Origin: a virus
Strand: one strand, 5' to 3'
Length of the DNA stretch: 43,164 nt
IMG/VR virus record: IMGVR_UViG_3300006409_000042
Shown here: positions 43,137-43,164 of the stretch, piece after piece
Layout of the letters: every line of letters begins with the position of its first letter
Numbering within the stretch: the first letter of the stretch is position 1
Made by a program: the position numbers and the translations under genes
Notes under the pieces: model-generated
What the model saw: the letters and a program-made list of their open reading frames with translations, nothing else
Told to the model about the DNA's origin: nothing
Database searches by the model: none

Positions 43137-43164
43137 GCAGTTGGAACTGGCGATGGCTCTACAA
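43095..43164 (+). repeat. Terminal overlap, copy 2
   Basis: Matches 1..70 with T for G at 43127 and 43134. Confidence 0.95.

Overview
Apparently complete, circularly permuted genome (~43,094 bp plus a 70-bp terminal overlap) of an archaeal head-tail virus with a contractile tail (myovirus-like). Its PCNA closely resembles Archaeoglobus PCNA as I recall it, so the host is probably in the Archaeoglobales (inference, no search run). Layout: (i) a complete diversity-generating retroelement (DGR) spanning the contig junction: target tail/receptor-binding gene with VR, avd, TR and RT; all 14 VR/TR mismatches fall at TR adenines; (ii) an early/replication region (PD-(D/E)xK nuclease, KH protein, PCNA, DUF5131 radical-SAM-like protein, DEDD exonuclease, HTH Rep-like gene with iteron-like repeats); (iii) a putative DNA-modification cluster (PAPS-reductase-like PP-loop enzyme, C5 methyltransferase, thioredoxin, TGT/DpdA-like transglycosylase, nuclease); (iv) packaging, head, neck, tail and baseplate genes, preceded by 12 copies of a TTTTAAAGTCTA promoter motif. 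Features missed by the ORF track: a tRNA-Gln(UUG) gene with a 140-nt BHB intron, a nested scaffold gene, a -1 frameshift in the tail chaperone, a MuF protein with a C-terminal HExxH domain, an RHH-MuF fusion, a perfect 20-bp inverted repeat around a TATA box, and several ORFs under 60 aa. No integrase, polymerase, primase or helicase was recognised. Protein family calls rest on motif recognition from memory, not database searches.
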